Source: Candidatus Krumholzibacteriia bacterium
GTDB taxonomy: Bacteria; Krumholzibacteriota; Krumholzibacteriia; G020349025
DNA length: 64,000 bases
Assembly: GCA_035649275.1 (NCBI GenBank)
Contig: DASRJW010000009.1
Coordinates: 3,771-67,770 of the forward strand
Direction of reading: 5' to 3'
The translations under genes and the position numbers were made by a program. The notes beneath the pieces are model-generated. The model was not told the DNA's origin. It was given only the letters and a program-made list of their open reading frames with translations, and did not search any database. This document shows, one piece after another, positions 32,079 through 43,322 of this stretch; the stretch's first letter is position 1, and each line of letters begins with the position of its first letter.

Positions 32079-34775
32079 CTACTGGCCTCGCTTCGGTGGG
32101 ACGATGCCGTTCACGCCCTCCGCGATGGTCAGGCCGGAGAGCCAGTCCACCACCGAGACCGTGGTCCGCTTGCCGTCCGGCGCGAGGCCGAAGGACTCGA
32201 TGGACTCGGTCGAGCCGGCGAAAAGCGTGTCGATCTTGCCGACGCCGGTCTTCCAGGCCGAGAGAGGCCGCCGCAGCAGCATCGGCTGTCCGTCCTCTCG
32301 CGCGTAGATGTAGACGACGGCGCTGCCGTCCGGGGTGATCCGTGACCGGCCATTCTGGATCGTTCCGGGCGTGACGTGGAGAGGAACCGGAGCGCTCAGG
32401 AGTCTCCTTTCTGAGAGATCGAACACGCCGAGCTTCGAGGACAAGGTTCCGACATCCGTGATGAGGGACAGGTAGCGGCCGTCGGGCGAGAGGTCGGGGA
32501 TCAGCGTCCCGCCACGCAGCAGGCGCTCTCCATCGCCACCGGTGACGGGAACGCGCCACAGCCCGGACTTGGTCGGATGGGCGGAGCTGTAGAAGACCCA
32601 GCGATTATCGGGAGTGACGGACGGGTTCTCCGCATCGAGGCTGTCGCGCGACAGCTGACGCGGAGCGCTTCCATCGCGGCGCGCGGCCCAGATCTCGAAG
32701 GCGCCGCTGCGGCCGGAACACCAGAAGATCGACTGTCCGTCCGGGCCATATTCGGGATCCCAGTCGTCCTCTTGATCGTCCGTCACGCGGTGCATCTCGC
32801 CGGTTTCCACCGAGACTTCCCAGAGGTCCAGGGTCCCGCCGCGGTTGGACGAGAACATGACCGACTTTCCGTCGGGCGCGTAGACGGGCTGGCGATCGAT
32901 GGCCATTCCACTCGTGAGGGCGCGACCGGCGAACAGGTTGCGCGCCTCGAGCGAAACCTCCATCAGGTTCTGCCGCGCCAGCAAGCTCGACAGCACCAGA
33001 CGCCCGTCGGGAAGCAAGTCGATCAAGGAGGGGAAGTTCTCGAGCCAGCCGAGCGCCTGGTACCGTCCGGAGCGCGTATCGAGACGGAACAGACGGGCGG
33101 ACGACCCGCGCTGGATCGCCGTGACTCCCACGCCTTCTGCGACGATCAGCCCCTTCCCGGTGCCGTCCCACGCCGCGTTCGAGAGCACGGCTCCAGTGGG
33201 CGCGGGATAGACGCGCGCCGAGCCGCTCGATGCGTCCACGACGGCCACGGTGTAGGCAGCGTTCTGGCTTCCGCCGACGACCACCGTGATGCGCCGGCCG
33301 TCGGGTGACCATCGCGGCGAGACGAGGATGACGGATCCACGCGACCACAACTCCCGGCCGCCGGTTCCGTCCGAATTCGCCACCATCAGGCGCGTGCGCA
33401 CGCCGGTGCTGTCGGCCAAGCCCGAGATGTACGCAATCCGCTCGCCGTGGGGAGATGGGTCGGCATCCGATGCGTCTTCCAGGAGGAGCCGCGGTGCGCC
33501 ACCCAGGACCGGAATGCGCCACAGCGACTGCCCAGTGCCCTCTTGGCGAGTGAAGAGAATGCTGCCGCGGTCGGGCGTGAATCGCGGCAGATGATCGGCC
33601 TCACCCGTGAGCTTCACCTCGCTTCGCGAGACCATGTCCATGAGCCAGAGCCCCTGCCCATTCTGGCGAACCGCGCTGAAGGCGATGAGGCGGCCATCGG
33701 AAGAGACCGCGGGCTCGCTGTCGCGGCTGCCCTGGGACAGGGTCGAGATCCGGATCGAACTCTCGCCGGATGGCGTGTTCGTCATGCGTCCGGTGACGAA
33801 TGCCACCGCCACGATCACCGCCGCGATCGCCACCTGGATCCAGGGCGCCGAGCGTCGCCCGCGCTCGGTCGCGGCGCTAAGGCCGGCCGGACCGAGGCGC
33901 GCGGTGTCGCTCGCGACGAGTTCCAGCGTGAACGCGAGGTCACGCGCCGACTGCAACCGGTCCTCAGGGTCCTTCCGCAGGCATTGCCGGACCACACGCT
34001 CCAGCGCGAGCGGCGTCAGCGGCTTCAACTCCGTCATCGCACGAGGCTCGCCGGTCATGATCGCCGCGATCAGGCTCGCGTGGCTCTCCCCCGCAAAAGC
34101 CCGCGCTCCGGTGGCCATTTCGTAGAGCACGCAGCCCAGCGCCCACAGATCGCTCCGCGCGTCCGCTTCCTTTGCCTCCAACTGCTCTGGCGCCATGTAC
34201 TGGAACGTCCCGACGATCTTTCCCTCGGCCGTCAGCGGCCGGATCATGGTCGCCGACTGGCTCACCGCTCCCGGCGCCGGAGCGAGTCCGGCGGGCCGGG
34301 CGAGGCCGAAGTCGAGGAGCTTGGCGCCGTTCCGGGCGAGCATGATGTTGCCGGGCTTCAGATCGCGGTGCACCACGCCGGCTCGATGCGCCCAGTCCAG
34401 CGCCCCGGCGATCTGCCGGCCGAGTGTGAGCACCTCGGCCAGAGCGAACGGGCCCTTCTCCAGCCGATGGGCGAGCGTCTCTCCCTCCACCAGCTCCATC
34501 ACCAGGTAGTCGACGCCGTCCTCCTGGCCGAGATCGTAGAGCGTACAGATGTGAGGGTGGTTGAGCTGCGAGATCGTGCGCGCCTCGCGCTCGAAGCGAG
34601 CTCGCTCCTCGGCGGAGCCGGTCAGATGCTGGGGCAACACCTTGATCGCCACGTCACGGCCGAGACGTGGGTCGTGGGCGCGGTACACCTCGCCCATTCC
34701 CCCGGCCCCGACCGGTGCGACGATCTGGTACCGGCCGAGCCGTTTGCCGGGAGTCAGTGGCATCGGATCAATCAT
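32079..34775 (-). CDS. Eukaryotic-like Ser/Thr protein kinase fused via a TM helix to an extracytoplasmic TolB-like (PD40) beta-propeller
   Basis: GxGxxG ([10 protein letters not shown]), [18 protein letters not shown] motifs; TM segment [16 protein letters not shown]; multiple PD40 repeats (…SPDG…/…SPDGRR…); start ATG 34775 overlaps stop of upstream hydrolase by 4 nt. Confidence 0.85.
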   Translation of the reverse strand: MIDPMPLTPGKRLGRYQIVAPVGAGGMGEVYRAHDPRLGRDVAIKVLPQHLTGSAEERARFEREARTISQLNHPHICTLYDLGQEDGVDYLVMELVEGETLAHRLEKGPFALAEVLTLGRQIAGALDWAHRAGVVHRDLKPGNIMLARNGAKLLDFGLARPAGLAPAPGAVSQSATMIRPLTAEGKIVGTFQYMAPEQLEAKEADARSDLWALGCVLYEMATGARAFAGESHASLIAAIMTGEPRAMTELKPLTPLALERVVRQCLRKDPEDRLQSARDLAFTLELVASDTARLGPAGLSAATERGRRSAPWIQVAIAAVIVAVAFVTGRMTNTPSGESSIRISTLSQGSRDSEPAVSSDGRLIAFSAVRQNGQGLWLMDMVSRSEVKLTGEADHLPRFTPDRGSILFTRQEGTGQSLWRIPVLGGAPRLLLEDASDADPSPHGERIAYISGLADSTGVRTRLMVANSDGTGGRELWSRGSVILVSPRWSPDGRRITVVVGGSQNAAYTVAVVDASSGSARVYPAPTGAVLSNAAWDGTGKGLIVAEGVGVTAIQRGSSARLFRLDTRSGRYQALGWLENFPSLIDLLPDGRLVLSSLLARQNLMEVSLEARNLFAGRALTSGMAIDRQPVYAPDGKSVMFSSNRGGTLDLWEVSVETGEMHRVTDDQEDDWDPEYGPDGQSIFWCSGRSGAFEIWAARRDGSAPRQLSRDSLDAENPSVTPDNRWVFYSSAHPTKSGLWRVPVTGGDGERLLRGGTLIPDLSPDGRYLSLITDVGTLSSKLGVFDLSERRLLSAPVPLHVTPGTIQNGRSRITPDGSAVVYIYAREDGQPMLLRRPLSAWKTGVGKIDTLFAGSTESIESFGLAPDGKRTTVSVVDWLSGLTIAEGVNGIVPPKRGQ

Positions 34776-36895
34776 ACTCCCAGACGCGGGACGCGCTCGT
34801 CCCAACCGCGGTGAAACACTCGCGTCTCACCCTCCCAGGCATCGAGCCGTGCGATGACGACGAACTCGGTTTTCGTACAAGTGATCTGGATCTCGGTCTC
34901 GACGGCAACGCGCCACGCCTCACGTCGCAGCTCGGTTCGCTGGGCCATCGCGGCTCGAGCCCGCAAGGGATCGTCGGGGTGGATTCGAATCTCTACGTCG
35001 GTACCGTCGCCGCCCTCGATGTTCCCGGCGACTTCGAGGCGCGAGAGAGCCACGCCGCCGTGCTCATCGAAGCCGGACCGCGTGCGGGTGATGTGGTCAT
35101 GAGATAGAGGATCGATTTCGACTCGTCGGTCATGAGAGCCCTTGGTGAGCGGCGACCACTCCGAGGAGCGGGCCTGCTCCGGAGGTTCGAATGCTCGGAG
35201 ATCGGCATCTTTGGGATCCGGCGGACGCACAGGCAGAGAGAACGTGCTGCTCTCGGTGAGAAGGGTGAGCCGGACGGGTTCGGGAGATGGCCAAAGGAGA
35301 GGCCAACACGCGTTCGAGAGGGCGAGGCGCACCCGCTGGCCCGGCGGAAAGACATGGGCTACGTCCTTGAGGCGAATGGTGGCGTCCATCGGACGGCCGG
35401 GCTCCAGGGGTTGCCAGTTCTCGTGGGCCGCATCGTGCGTCAGATTGAGGACGCCATAGCTCACGCGCGTGGAGCTCCCGTCCGGCGAGACGTCGCAGAG
35501 TCGCGCGACCAGGAAGGCCGCGGGCCGATCCGATGCCACAACGACCCTCACCTCCGGAGCTCCAAGGATCTCGAGCCGTTCCGTCAGCACCTCCGAATCG
35601 AAACAGAGCGAGTCCGCGTCGTCCTCCCGCTGGTCGCGCAGATTGGCGATGAGCCAGCTCCCCGAAGCACGGCCCGTCGTCTGGGGCGAAGCGATCGTGA
35701 GACGCGCCGAGACGACCGAGTCACCGAGCCTGTCCGGGGCCAGTCGGAACACTCGATGGCGGATGCGCGGAGAGGGCCAATGTGCTTCGGCGACCCACCG
35801 GCCAGGACGGTCTTCGCCGCGGAAGCCAGCCGGAACACTCTCAGACATCCAGACGCGGTAGCGGGGCTCGCTGTCGCTCGGCGGTATGTGCGCCATGCTC
35901 TCGCGCTGGCCAGGACGCTTGTCGTCGTTTCCTTCTCCAAGGCAGTTGTGCCACCAGCGCAGAGCTTCCTGCAAGAAGCCGATGCTCGGACCCGGGCTGG
36001 CGTCGTGGGGATACGCATGTCCCCACGGACCGACGAGACCGCGACTGGGGACGCGGAGGCCTGATAGGAGCCGGGGGATCGCGCTCGTATAACCATCCGC
36101 CCATCCGCCGACGGCGAAGACCGGACAGGCGATTGCACCGTAGTCGTAGCGGACGGAGCCTTGCTTCCAGTACGCGTCCGCCAGCGGGTGCTGGAGCCAG
36201 CGCAGGGGATGAGGTTCGGCGGCCTCGAGCCGCTCGAGCCACATGGCGCGCCAGTTGGATCCGACCAGCTCGGGGTCGGGTGGCTGCACCACGAGCTGGA
36301 AGAAGGTCGCACCCCACCACAGGCTGTCGTTCAAGAGACACCCGCCCATGTAATGGACGTCGTCCGTGTAGCGATCATCCGTGGAGCAGACCGTTACGAT
36401 GCCTCGGAGCTCCGGGGGCCGGCGCGCCGCGATCTGCAGCCCGTTGAAACCGCCCCACGACTTGCCGATGAGACCCACAGCACCCGTGCACCAGGGCTGT
36501 GCCGCGATCCAGCGGATGGCCTCGACGCCGTCCTCCTGCTCGAGTGGCAGATACTCATCGCGAAGCACTCCCTCGGATTCCCCCGAGCCGCGCAGGTCGA
36601 TGCGCACGGCCGCCAGGCCGTGGCCGGCGAACCAGCGATGCATCGCTTCGTCGCGATCCCGAGTGCCGAGGCGCTTGCCGTACGGGATGTACTCGATCAC
36701 GGCGGGGACGGGGGAACGCTCCGCTCCATCAGGCAGCCAGAGCCGAGCGGCGAGTCGGCAGCCGTCGCGCAGCGGAATCCAAAAGTGCTCGATCTCGCGC
36801 ACTTCGTAGGGAAAGACGTCGACGACGCTCACATGTCCTCCAGGGCTGCGTGATTCGATCGGCGCCATGAATGCGCCAGGGAAGAGTATGCTCAT
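34772..36895 (-). CDS. CocE/NonD-family hydrolase (S15 X-Pro dipeptidyl-peptidase-like), no obvious signal peptide
   Basis: GKSWGGFNG nucleophile elbow; family-typical [12 protein letters not shown] block; 707 aa. Confidence 0.8.
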   Translation of the reverse strand: MSILFPGAFMAPIESRSPGGHVSVVDVFPYEVREIEHFWIPLRDGCRLAARLWLPDGAERSPVPAVIEYIPYGKRLGTRDRDEAMHRWFAGHGLAAVRIDLRGSGESEGVLRDEYLPLEQEDGVEAIRWIAAQPWCTGAVGLIGKSWGGFNGLQIAARRPPELRGIVTVCSTDDRYTDDVHYMGGCLLNDSLWWGATFFQLVVQPPDPELVGSNWRAMWLERLEAAEPHPLRWLQHPLADAYWKQGSVRYDYGAIACPVFAVGGWADGYTSAIPRLLSGLRVPSRGLVGPWGHAYPHDASPGPSIGFLQEALRWWHNCLGEGNDDKRPGQRESMAHIPPSDSEPRYRVWMSESVPAGFRGEDRPGRWVAEAHWPSPRIRHRVFRLAPDRLGDSVVSARLTIASPQTTGRASGSWLIANLRDQREDDADSLCFDSEVLTERLEILGAPEVRVVVASDRPAAFLVARLCDVSPDGSSTRVSYGVLNLTHDAAHENWQPLEPGRPMDATIRLKDVAHVFPPGQRVRLALSNACWPLLWPSPEPVRLTLLTESSTFSLPVRPPDPKDADLRAFEPPEQARSSEWSPLTKGSHDRRVEIDPLSHDHITRTRSGFDEHGGVALSRLEVAGNIEGGDGTDVEIRIHPDDPLRARAAMAQRTELRREAWRVAVETEIQITCTKTEFVVIARLDAWEGETRVFHRGWDERVPRLGV

Positions 36896-36969
36896 CTCGA
36901 GACTCGTGGCAATCCGGCATGGAGGGGAGCTCGACGCCCGACCACCGGCCGACGCGGGGTGCTAGAGCC

Positions 36970-38556
36970 ATGACATATCTCGTCAGGCAGCCGTGTGACG
37001 AAGGGGTGATGGCATCCGGACCGGTAGCGATTCCCTGTGCCGAGTCTTCGGGGCCTTGGGTGCTGGCGGCGACCATTCTCGGATCGAGCCTGGTGTTCAT
37101 CGATGGAACGGTCGTCAACGTGGCGTTGCCGGCGCTGCAAACCGCCATGAACGCTACGGTCGTGGACGTGCAGTGGGTCGTCGAGGCCTACGCTCTGTTC
37201 CTCGCGGCGCTGCTGCTCGTAGGGGGATCGCTCGGCGACCAATTCGGCCGGAGACTCGTGTTCTGCATCGGCGTCGGGATCTTCGCTCTGGCCTCCGTCT
37301 GGTGCGGGCTCGCTCCCGACGTCGAGCAGTTGATCGCCGCGCGGGCAATCCAAGGCGTGGGAGGTGCGCTGCTCGTGCCCGGCAGCCTGGCGCTCATCAG
37401 CGCCTCCTTCAGCGAGGAGAAGCGCGGGCAGGCGATCGGCACCTGGTCGGGCTTCAGCGCCATCACCGCCGCGATCGGGCCTGTCCTCGGCGGCTGGCTG
37501 ATCGATCGCATCTCTTGGCGAGCTGTCTTCTTCATCAATATCCCGTTGGCCGCCGTCGTGCTGGTGCTAGCGTTCTGGCACGTGCCAGAGAGTCGGGCGC
37601 GCGACCGGGAACACGGCTTGGATTGGACGGGGGCGGCGCTCGCAACCGCCAGCCTGGGCGCGATCGTCTACGGCCTGATCGAATCCTCGCGATGGGGCTT
37701 CGGGCACCCACGAGTGCTCGTCGCGCTCCTTGGCGGCTGCGTCGCCTCGCTCTTTTTCCTCCTCGTCGAGAGACAGCAGCGAAATCCAATGTTGCCGCTC
37801 AGCCTGTTCCGATCCAGAGACTTCAGCGGCGCGAATGTGCTCACTTTGTTCTTGTACGCCGCGCTCGTCGGCGCGCTCTTCTTCTTCCCTCTGGATCTGG
37901 TGCAGGTGCAGGGTTACTCTGCCACCGCAGCCGGCGCCGCTTTTCTTCCCTTCATCCTCATCATGTTCCTTCTCTCGCGCTGGTCGGGCGGATTGATCCA
38001 GCGTTACGGAGCCAGGTTGCCGCTCGTGGTGGGGCCGACGATCGCCGCGCTCGGGTTCGCTCTTTTCATGCGACCTGGAATAGGCGGCAGCTATTGGCTG
38101 ACTTTCTTTCCAGCGGTCGTGGTGCTCGGTCTAGGGATGGCCGTCAGCGTTGCCCCCCTGACGACGACGGTGATGAACGCGGTCCAAAGCGACCGCGCCG
38201 GCATCGCCTCGGGGGTCAACAACGCCGTTTCTCGCGCCGCGGGACTGATCGCGGTCGCCGCGTTCAGCCTGGTCATGCTGCACACCTTCGACCGCGGTCT
38301 CGACCACCGCCTGTCCGCGCTCGACCTCAGCCGCGAAACGCGGCAGCTCCTCGACGGAGAGCGCATCAAGCTGGCCGGCGCGCAAGTGCCGGAAGGTCTC
38401 GCTTCGGAGATGCGGCTCGTGGTCCGACAGGCGATCGAAGAATCGTTCGTGTCCGGATTCCGCCGGGTCATGCTTGTCGCCGCCATGCTGGCGCTCCTGA
38501 GCGCGCTCGTCGCCGGCCTCTTGATTCGTAAAGAAAGGCCTGCGGCCAAGTTTTGA
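36970..38556 (+). CDS. MFS transporter, DHA2 (14-TMS drug:H+ antiporter) family
   Basis: 14 predicted helices; motif GDQFGRRLVF; start uncertain (ATG 36871/36919/36970/37009 in frame). Confidence 0.8.
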   Translation: MTYLVRQPCDEGVMASGPVAIPCAESSGPWVLAATILGSSLVFIDGTVVNVALPALQTAMNATVVDVQWVVEAYALFLAALLLVGGSLGDQFGRRLVFCIGVGIFALASVWCGLAPDVEQLIAARAIQGVGGALLVPGSLALISASFSEEKRGQAIGTWSGFSAITAAIGPVLGGWLIDRISWRAVFFINIPLAAVVLVLAFWHVPESRARDREHGLDWTGAALATASLGAIVYGLIESSRWGFGHPRVLVALLGGCVASLFFLLVERQQRNPMLPLSLFRSRDFSGANVLTLFLYAALVGALFFFPLDLVQVQGYSATAAGAAFLPFILIMFLLSRWSGGLIQRYGARLPLVVGPTIAALGFALFMRPGIGGSYWLTFFPAVVVLGLGMAVSVAPLTTTVMNAVQSDRAGIASGVNNAVSRAAGLIAVAAFSLVMLHTFDRGLDHRLSALDLSRETRQLLDGERIKLAGAQVPEGLASEMRLVVRQAIEESFVSGFRRVMLVAAMLALLSALVAGLLIRKERPAAKF

Positions 38557-38620
38557 GCCGCAGGAGAAGAACTGGGAGATGACGCTGGCCGCGCTGAAGA
38601 AGTACTTGGAGCAGTAGCCT

Positions 38621-39217
38621 GTGGCGACCGATCTCGCAAGGATCGTGCGTGAGCTGGCGTCCTTCTACGACGTCACCGACAAGAAGCTCGTCGTCGTCGG
38701 AGCGGGTGGAGAACAGTTGCTCGAGTTCGCTCGCCCGGCGCGTCAGGTCCTCGCCGTCGACAAAGACGGCGCGGCGCTCGAGCAGCTCGCGGCGCGTCTT
38801 CAGGACTGCGGGTTCGCGGACAAATTCACCCTGGTGACAAGCGACGTGGCCGACGTGAGCGAGCCCGGCGACGTCGTGTACCTCGAGTTCTGTCTCCATG
38901 AGATGCCGGATCCTGATCGCGCCCTCGACCATGTCAGGTCTCTGGCGCCTGACGTGGTCGTGATCGACCATGCCGTGGGCTCACCCTGGTCGTGGTGTGC
39001 AGCCGAGGATCGTATGGTGGAAACCGCTTGGCGAGCCGTCGAGCGCAGGACGATCCGCCGGCAGCACACCGTCGAAGGCGAGCAGCGCTTTCCCGACGAT
39101 GCCGCTCTCGCGGCGCGGCTGGTCTCTCAGGGGCCGCTGAGCGTGGAACGCATCGGCGCGTATCGCGGTCGAGCGCCCATCGTGATTCCCATGCCCTATC
39201 GCCTCGCACTTCTCTGA
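38621..39217 (+). CDS. Class I SAM-dependent methyltransferase (small)
   Basis: VVVGAGGEQLLE glycine-rich SAM-binding motif and acidic D at end of beta-2 (LAVDKD); GTG start. Confidence 0.7.
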   Translation: MATDLARIVRELASFYDVTDKKLVVVGAGGEQLLEFARPARQVLAVDKDGAALEQLAARLQDCGFADKFTLVTSDVADVSEPGDVVYLEFCLHEMPDPDRALDHVRSLAPDVVVIDHAVGSPWSWCAAEDRMVETAWRAVERRTIRRQHTVEGEQRFPDDAALAARLVSQGPLSVERIGAYRGRAPIVIPMPYRLALL

Positions 39218-39252
39218 CATCGCGCCATGCCGCCTGCCGGCACCGTCCACCG

Positions 39253-39822
39253 TCACGCCCGCTTCCGGCGGCCGAAGAGGAAGCGGTGCGAGACCAGGAA
39301 CACCATGAGACAGAGGCCGCCGATGCAAAGGAGGGCGAAGAGCGGCACGGCGATGGCGAGGACCGCGGTCAGGACCGAGCCGGAGAACTCCGCCAGCGCG
39401 ACGAGCGGGTTCGCCAGGCCGCCGGTCGCGAGCGTCGATTTGAGCCGCGCCAGCACGGTCGCGCCCTGCACCATCCCGGCGGCGCCGCCTCCGGCGATGA
39501 TCGCGAGACTCCATTTCAGGTATGGAGGCATTTCGGTCATGACCGCGGCGCTGGCGAGCACCCCCGCCAACACTGCCGCCGGCGTCGCCACCAGGTCGAG
39601 GACGTGGTCCAGCCAGGGAACGGAATAGGCAATGATCTCGACGAGGGTCGCTGTAGCGAGGATGATCAACGCCGGGTTGGTGCTCAACCAATCGAAGCCG
39701 CTCGTCAACGGCAGGTGGCCAGTGCGGCTCGCGACGCAGGCGATGAGGAGGGGCACGAAGACTCGGAATCCCGCGGCTGCCGCCAGCCCGAGACCGATGG
39801 CGATGCTGAGCGCTGTCTCCAT
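39253..39822 (-). CDS. DUF4126-like integral membrane protein
   Basis: Five or six hydrophobic helices, Gly/Ala-rich; no catalytic motif. Confidence 0.55.
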   Translation of the reverse strand: METALSIAIGLGLAAAAGFRVFVPLLIACVASRTGHLPLTSGFDWLSTNPALIILATATLVEIIAYSVPWLDHVLDLVATPAAVLAGVLASAAVMTEMPPYLKWSLAIIAGGGAAGMVQGATVLARLKSTLATGGLANPLVALAEFSGSVLTAVLAIAVPLFALLCIGGLCLMVFLVSHRFLFGRRKRA

Positions 39823-39919
39823 GTCTCCGCCCCTGGGGTCCGGATACTCGCCGTGCTGCGCGACCTACTCGCAGCGGGGCGCCAGCACACTCTCCGTGAC
39901 CGCCAGGCCTGCTCCAGTT

Positions 39920-40762
39920 TCAGCGCCCGAGTTCCTCAGAGCGCTGTCGGGCTGCGTGCACGGCTTCGATGAAAGTCCGTACCCAGTGCTTCTTCTCGAG
40001 CGCGGTGACGGCGGCGTGCGTCGTGCCATTCGGCGAGGTGACCCGGGCGCGGAGCTCGGCAGGATCGGCCGGGTCGTGCGTGAGCAACCGAGACGCCCCG
40101 GCGAAAGTCTGATACGTGAGCGCGTACGCCTGTTCCTTGCTCAAGCCCTCCTCGATGGCCGCCTGGATCAATGCTTCGGCGAGGAGGAAAACGTAGGCGG
40201 GCCCCGTGCCGCTCACCGCCGTGACCGCGTCCATCTGTCCTTCCTCGACGATCACGGTCTTTCCCACGCACCCCAGGATGTTGAGCGCCGTCACCAGGTG
40301 CGTGTCCGTGGCGTAACGGCCCTTGGCCACCGCGGTCACGCCCATGCCGATGGCGGCCGGCGTATTCGGCATGGCCCGGATCACCGGGCAGCCGCCGAGG
40401 GCCGTCTCGAGGCGATCCATGTGGATGCCCGCTGCGATGGTGATGGCCAGCTTGTGCGACGCATGAGCCGGGGCCACCTGCGCCAGGGCCTTGTTCATGT
40501 CCTGCGGTTTGACAGCGAAGAGCACCGTGGCCGCACTGGCCGCAGCCAAAGCGGAATCGTCGGTGGTCTGCAACCCCAGGCGCTCCTCCAGGGAGCGCCG
40601 GCGCGATTCGCGCCGCCCCGAAACGATGATGGCGTCGCGGTCCCAGCCCGAGGCGATGAGCCCCTCGGCGAGAGCCGCGCCCATGAAGCCGCCCCCGATG
40701 ATGGCGAGCCTCTTCGCCGCCTGCACCGGAGCTCCCGCAGGTGTCGAAGCCGTTCCGCTCAT
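39920..40762 (-). CDS. proC: Pyrroline-5-carboxylate reductase
   Basis: N-terminal IIGGGFMGAAL Rossmann motif and C-terminal VTSPNGTT ProC signature. Confidence 0.85.
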   Translation of the reverse strand: MSGTASTPAGAPVQAAKRLAIIGGGFMGAALAEGLIASGWDRDAIIVSGRRESRRRSLEERLGLQTTDDSALAAASAATVLFAVKPQDMNKALAQVAPAHASHKLAITIAAGIHMDRLETALGGCPVIRAMPNTPAAIGMGVTAVAKGRYATDTHLVTALNILGCVGKTVIVEEGQMDAVTAVSGTGPAYVFLLAEALIQAAIEEGLSKEQAYALTYQTFAGASRLLTHDPADPAELRARVTSPNGTTHAAVTALEKKHWVRTFIEAVHAARQRSEELGR

Positions 40763-40769
40763 GATTGCT

Positions 40770-41924
40770 TCATTCCACCCAGTCGGCGAGGAAGATGTTC
40801 GTGTCCGTGCGCCCCTTGGAGTTGCGATTGCTGGCGAAGACGAGCCGCTTGCCGTCGGGGCTGAACATCGGGAACCCGTCGAAGGTCGGGTCGAAGGTCA
40901 CCTGCTCGAGGCCGGTGCCGTCCACGCGGATCAGCCACAAGTCGAAGTTGCGGCTCTGCGGCGCTCCCACGTTGGAGGCGAAGATGACCTTCGTACCGTC
41001 GGGGGTGAAGAAGGGGCAGAAGTTGGCGGCGCCGTTGCTCGTGAGCTGCTTCGGCTCACTGCCGTCGGCGTTGGCGATAAAGATTTCGAGGGCTCCAGGG
41101 CGGATCACATGGTTCTGCCGCAGATCCTCGTACGCCATCTTCTCTTCCGGGGTCCGTGGTCGCGAAGCCCGCCAGACGATCTTCTTGCCGTCGGCAGAAA
41201 AGAAGCCACCACCGTCGTATCCCGGCTCCTTGGTGAGACGCCGCACGTCGGAGCCGTCGGCGTTCATGCTGTAGAGATCGAGGTCGCCGTCGCGGCCGGA
41301 GGTGAAGAGAATGCGGCCGTCCGGGCCGATGGTCCCCTCGGCGTCATAGCCCTCCGTGGCCGTGAGGCGCACGAGATGGCTCCCGTCCGGATCGGCGCTG
41401 AAGAGATCGTAGCTCGGGTACAGCTTCCACACGTACCCCTTGGAGTAATCCGGCGGCGGCGGGCAGTCGGGCGAGGCCAGGTGCGTCGAGGCGTAAAGGA
41501 TGCGCTTGCCGTCGGGGAAGAAGAAGGCGCACGTCGTCCGCCCCTTGCCGGTGGAAACGAGGCGCACGTTCGAGCCGTCTGCATCCATGGTGAAGATCTG
41601 ATCGCAGTGCAGGCTGTCCCGCGTCGATTGCAGGATCAGCTTCTTGCCGTCCCTCGACCAGTAGGCTTCGGCGTTCTCGCCTCCGAAGGTGAGCTGACGG
41701 ATGTTGCGGAGGTGCTTCTCCCCCTCGCGCCAGAGATCCTGCGCGCCCGCCGCGGCGGTCAAGGCGGCGGCGAGCGCACCAACGAACGCGAGGCTCCTGC
41801 ACACGCCGCGCCTATCCACCGTCGACTCCTTTGCACTCGGTGCCGGAGCGTGGCGGCTCCCACCCCGAGGCTCTCGTGTCCGTGCTGCAGGCTCGAACCA
41901 CCGCGGCGGCTCCTGCAGCGCCAT
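40770..41924 (-). CDS. TolB-like periplasmic beta-propeller protein (PD40 repeats)
   Basis: Repeated ...FSPDGKR.../...FTPDGTK.../...YSMNADGSDVRRLT... blocks; internal signal-like segment LAFVGALAAALTAAAGA suggests true start downstream (non-ATG) of 41924. Confidence 0.7.
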   Translation of the reverse strand: MALQEPPRWFEPAARTREPRGGSRHAPAPSAKESTVDRRGVCRSLAFVGALAAALTAAAGAQDLWREGEKHLRNIRQLTFGGENAEAYWSRDGKKLILQSTRDSLHCDQIFTMDADGSNVRLVSTGKGRTTCAFFFPDGKRILYASTHLASPDCPPPPDYSKGYVWKLYPSYDLFSADPDGSHLVRLTATEGYDAEGTIGPDGRILFTSGRDGDLDLYSMNADGSDVRRLTKEPGYDGGGFFSADGKKIVWRASRPRTPEEKMAYEDLRQNHVIRPGALEIFIANADGSEPKQLTSNGAANFCPFFTPDGTKVIFASNVGAPQSRNFDLWLIRVDGTGLEQVTFDPTFDGFPMFSPDGKRLVFASNRNSKGRTDTNIFLADWVE

Positions 41925-41979
41925 GCAGCCGGGAAGCGAGTAAACGGCAGGGCATTTCGGGAGTCAAGAGAACCCCGAT

Positions 41980-42993
41980 GTGCCAGAATGCCGGGGGGAG
42001 GCTCGCGTGCACGACCCCATCGGGGTGCTGCTCACCAACCTCGGCACGCCGGACGCACCCACGGCGCCGGCGGTGCGGCGTTATCTGCGGGAGTTCCTCT
42101 CCGACCGTCGCGTCGTGGACCTGCCGCGCCCGCTCTGGCTGCCGATCCTGTATGGCTTCGTTCTCACCCTCCGCCCGCGTCGCTCTGCCCGCGCCTACGC
42201 GAGCATCTGGACGAACGAGGGTTCGCCGCTGCTCAGTATCATGCAGGACCTGGCCGCTGCTTTCGAGAGCGCCCTGCACCTGCAGACGACGGTCCCCGTG
42301 CATGTCGCTGTGGGCATGACCTACGGCAACCCGAGCATGGCCCAAGGTCTCGAGCGGCTGCGCGACGCCGGTTGCCTGCGTGTGTTGGTGCTGCCGCTCT
42401 ACCCGCAGTACTCCTCACCCACGACGGGCTCCGCCTTCGACGCTGTGGCCCGCGCGCTCACGTCCTGGCGCCGAGTGCCGGAGCTGCGTACGATCTCCGA
42501 CTACCACGACCACCGCCTCTATCTCCAAGCGCTCGGGCGCAGCGTGCGTGAGTTCTGGGGACAACACGGCGAGCCGGACCGCTTGCTTGTTTCGTTCCAC
42601 GGCATGCCGCAGCGGTTCGACGCCGCCGGCGATCCCTATCGCGGCCAGTGCGAAGCGACCGCGAGTTCTTTGACCGGGCTTCTGGGTCTCGACGCCCAAC
42701 GCACTTTGCTCGCCTTCCAGTCGCGCTTCGGGCGGGAGGAGTGGCTGCAACCGTACACGGACGTCACCCTGCAGGAGTGGGCACGCCAGGGCATCTCGAC
42801 GGTGGACGTCGTCTGCCCGGGCTTCGCGGTGGATTGCCTGGAAACACTGGAGGAGATCGCCATCCGTTACCGGCAGGCGTTCCTCGCCGCCGGCGGTCAG
42901 CGCCTGCGCTACATCCCCGCTTTGAACGACCGCCCCGATCATGTCACGGCCCTGGTGGATCTCGCCATAGCCAAGCTGCAGGGGTGGTTGTAG
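41980..42993 (+). CDS. hemH: Ferrochelatase
   Basis: N-terminal GVLLTNLGTPDAPT block and overall collinearity with HemH; 337 aa. Confidence 0.85.
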   Translation: MPECRGEARVHDPIGVLLTNLGTPDAPTAPAVRRYLREFLSDRRVVDLPRPLWLPILYGFVLTLRPRRSARAYASIWTNEGSPLLSIMQDLAAAFESALHLQTTVPVHVAVGMTYGNPSMAQGLERLRDAGCLRVLVLPLYPQYSSPTTGSAFDAVARALTSWRRVPELRTISDYHDHRLYLQALGRSVREFWGQHGEPDRLLVSFHGMPQRFDAAGDPYRGQCEATASSLTGLLGLDAQRTLLAFQSRFGREEWLQPYTDVTLQEWARQGISTVDVVCPGFAVDCLETLEEIAIRYRQAFLAAGGQRLRYIPALNDRPDHVTALVDLAIAKLQGWL

Positions 42994-43322
42994 CTGCTTG
43001 CACGGGAATGAAGGCGGCTCTACTCCGCAAGGATCTCACCGATGAAATCTAAGTAGTCTTCCAGATCGACATCGGGGGAAACCTGAGCCGCCAACGCGCT
43101 GCCAGGCCGACGAAAAAGAAATGCCTTGGCGCCGAAGGTACTTGCCATCCGCCGGCGAGCGACTACAATGGTTAGCGCTCCCCTGTTGCCGAACTGCCGC
43201 CCTCTCGAGTATCGACCGCGCAGGGTCGCCTTGCGCTCTTCACCGCGTCGTGGCCGCGCACGAGCGTGTGCACCGTGGCGGAGCGCCAGGAAAGACAGAG
43301 CTGATGCAAAGGGAAGTCGAGC

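Noticed and set aside
39632-42551. Long plus-strand ORFs (410 aa, 686 aa) over proC and the TolB-like gene
   Set aside because: Antisense to genes with clear ProC and PD40 signatures; repetitive Arg/Gly/Ala composition.
43020-43148. 42-aa minus-strand ORF (MASTFGAKAFLFRRPGSALAAQVSPDVDLEDYLDFIGEILAE) in the hemH-STAS intergenic region
   Set aside because: Too short to call without conservation data; could equally be non-coding.
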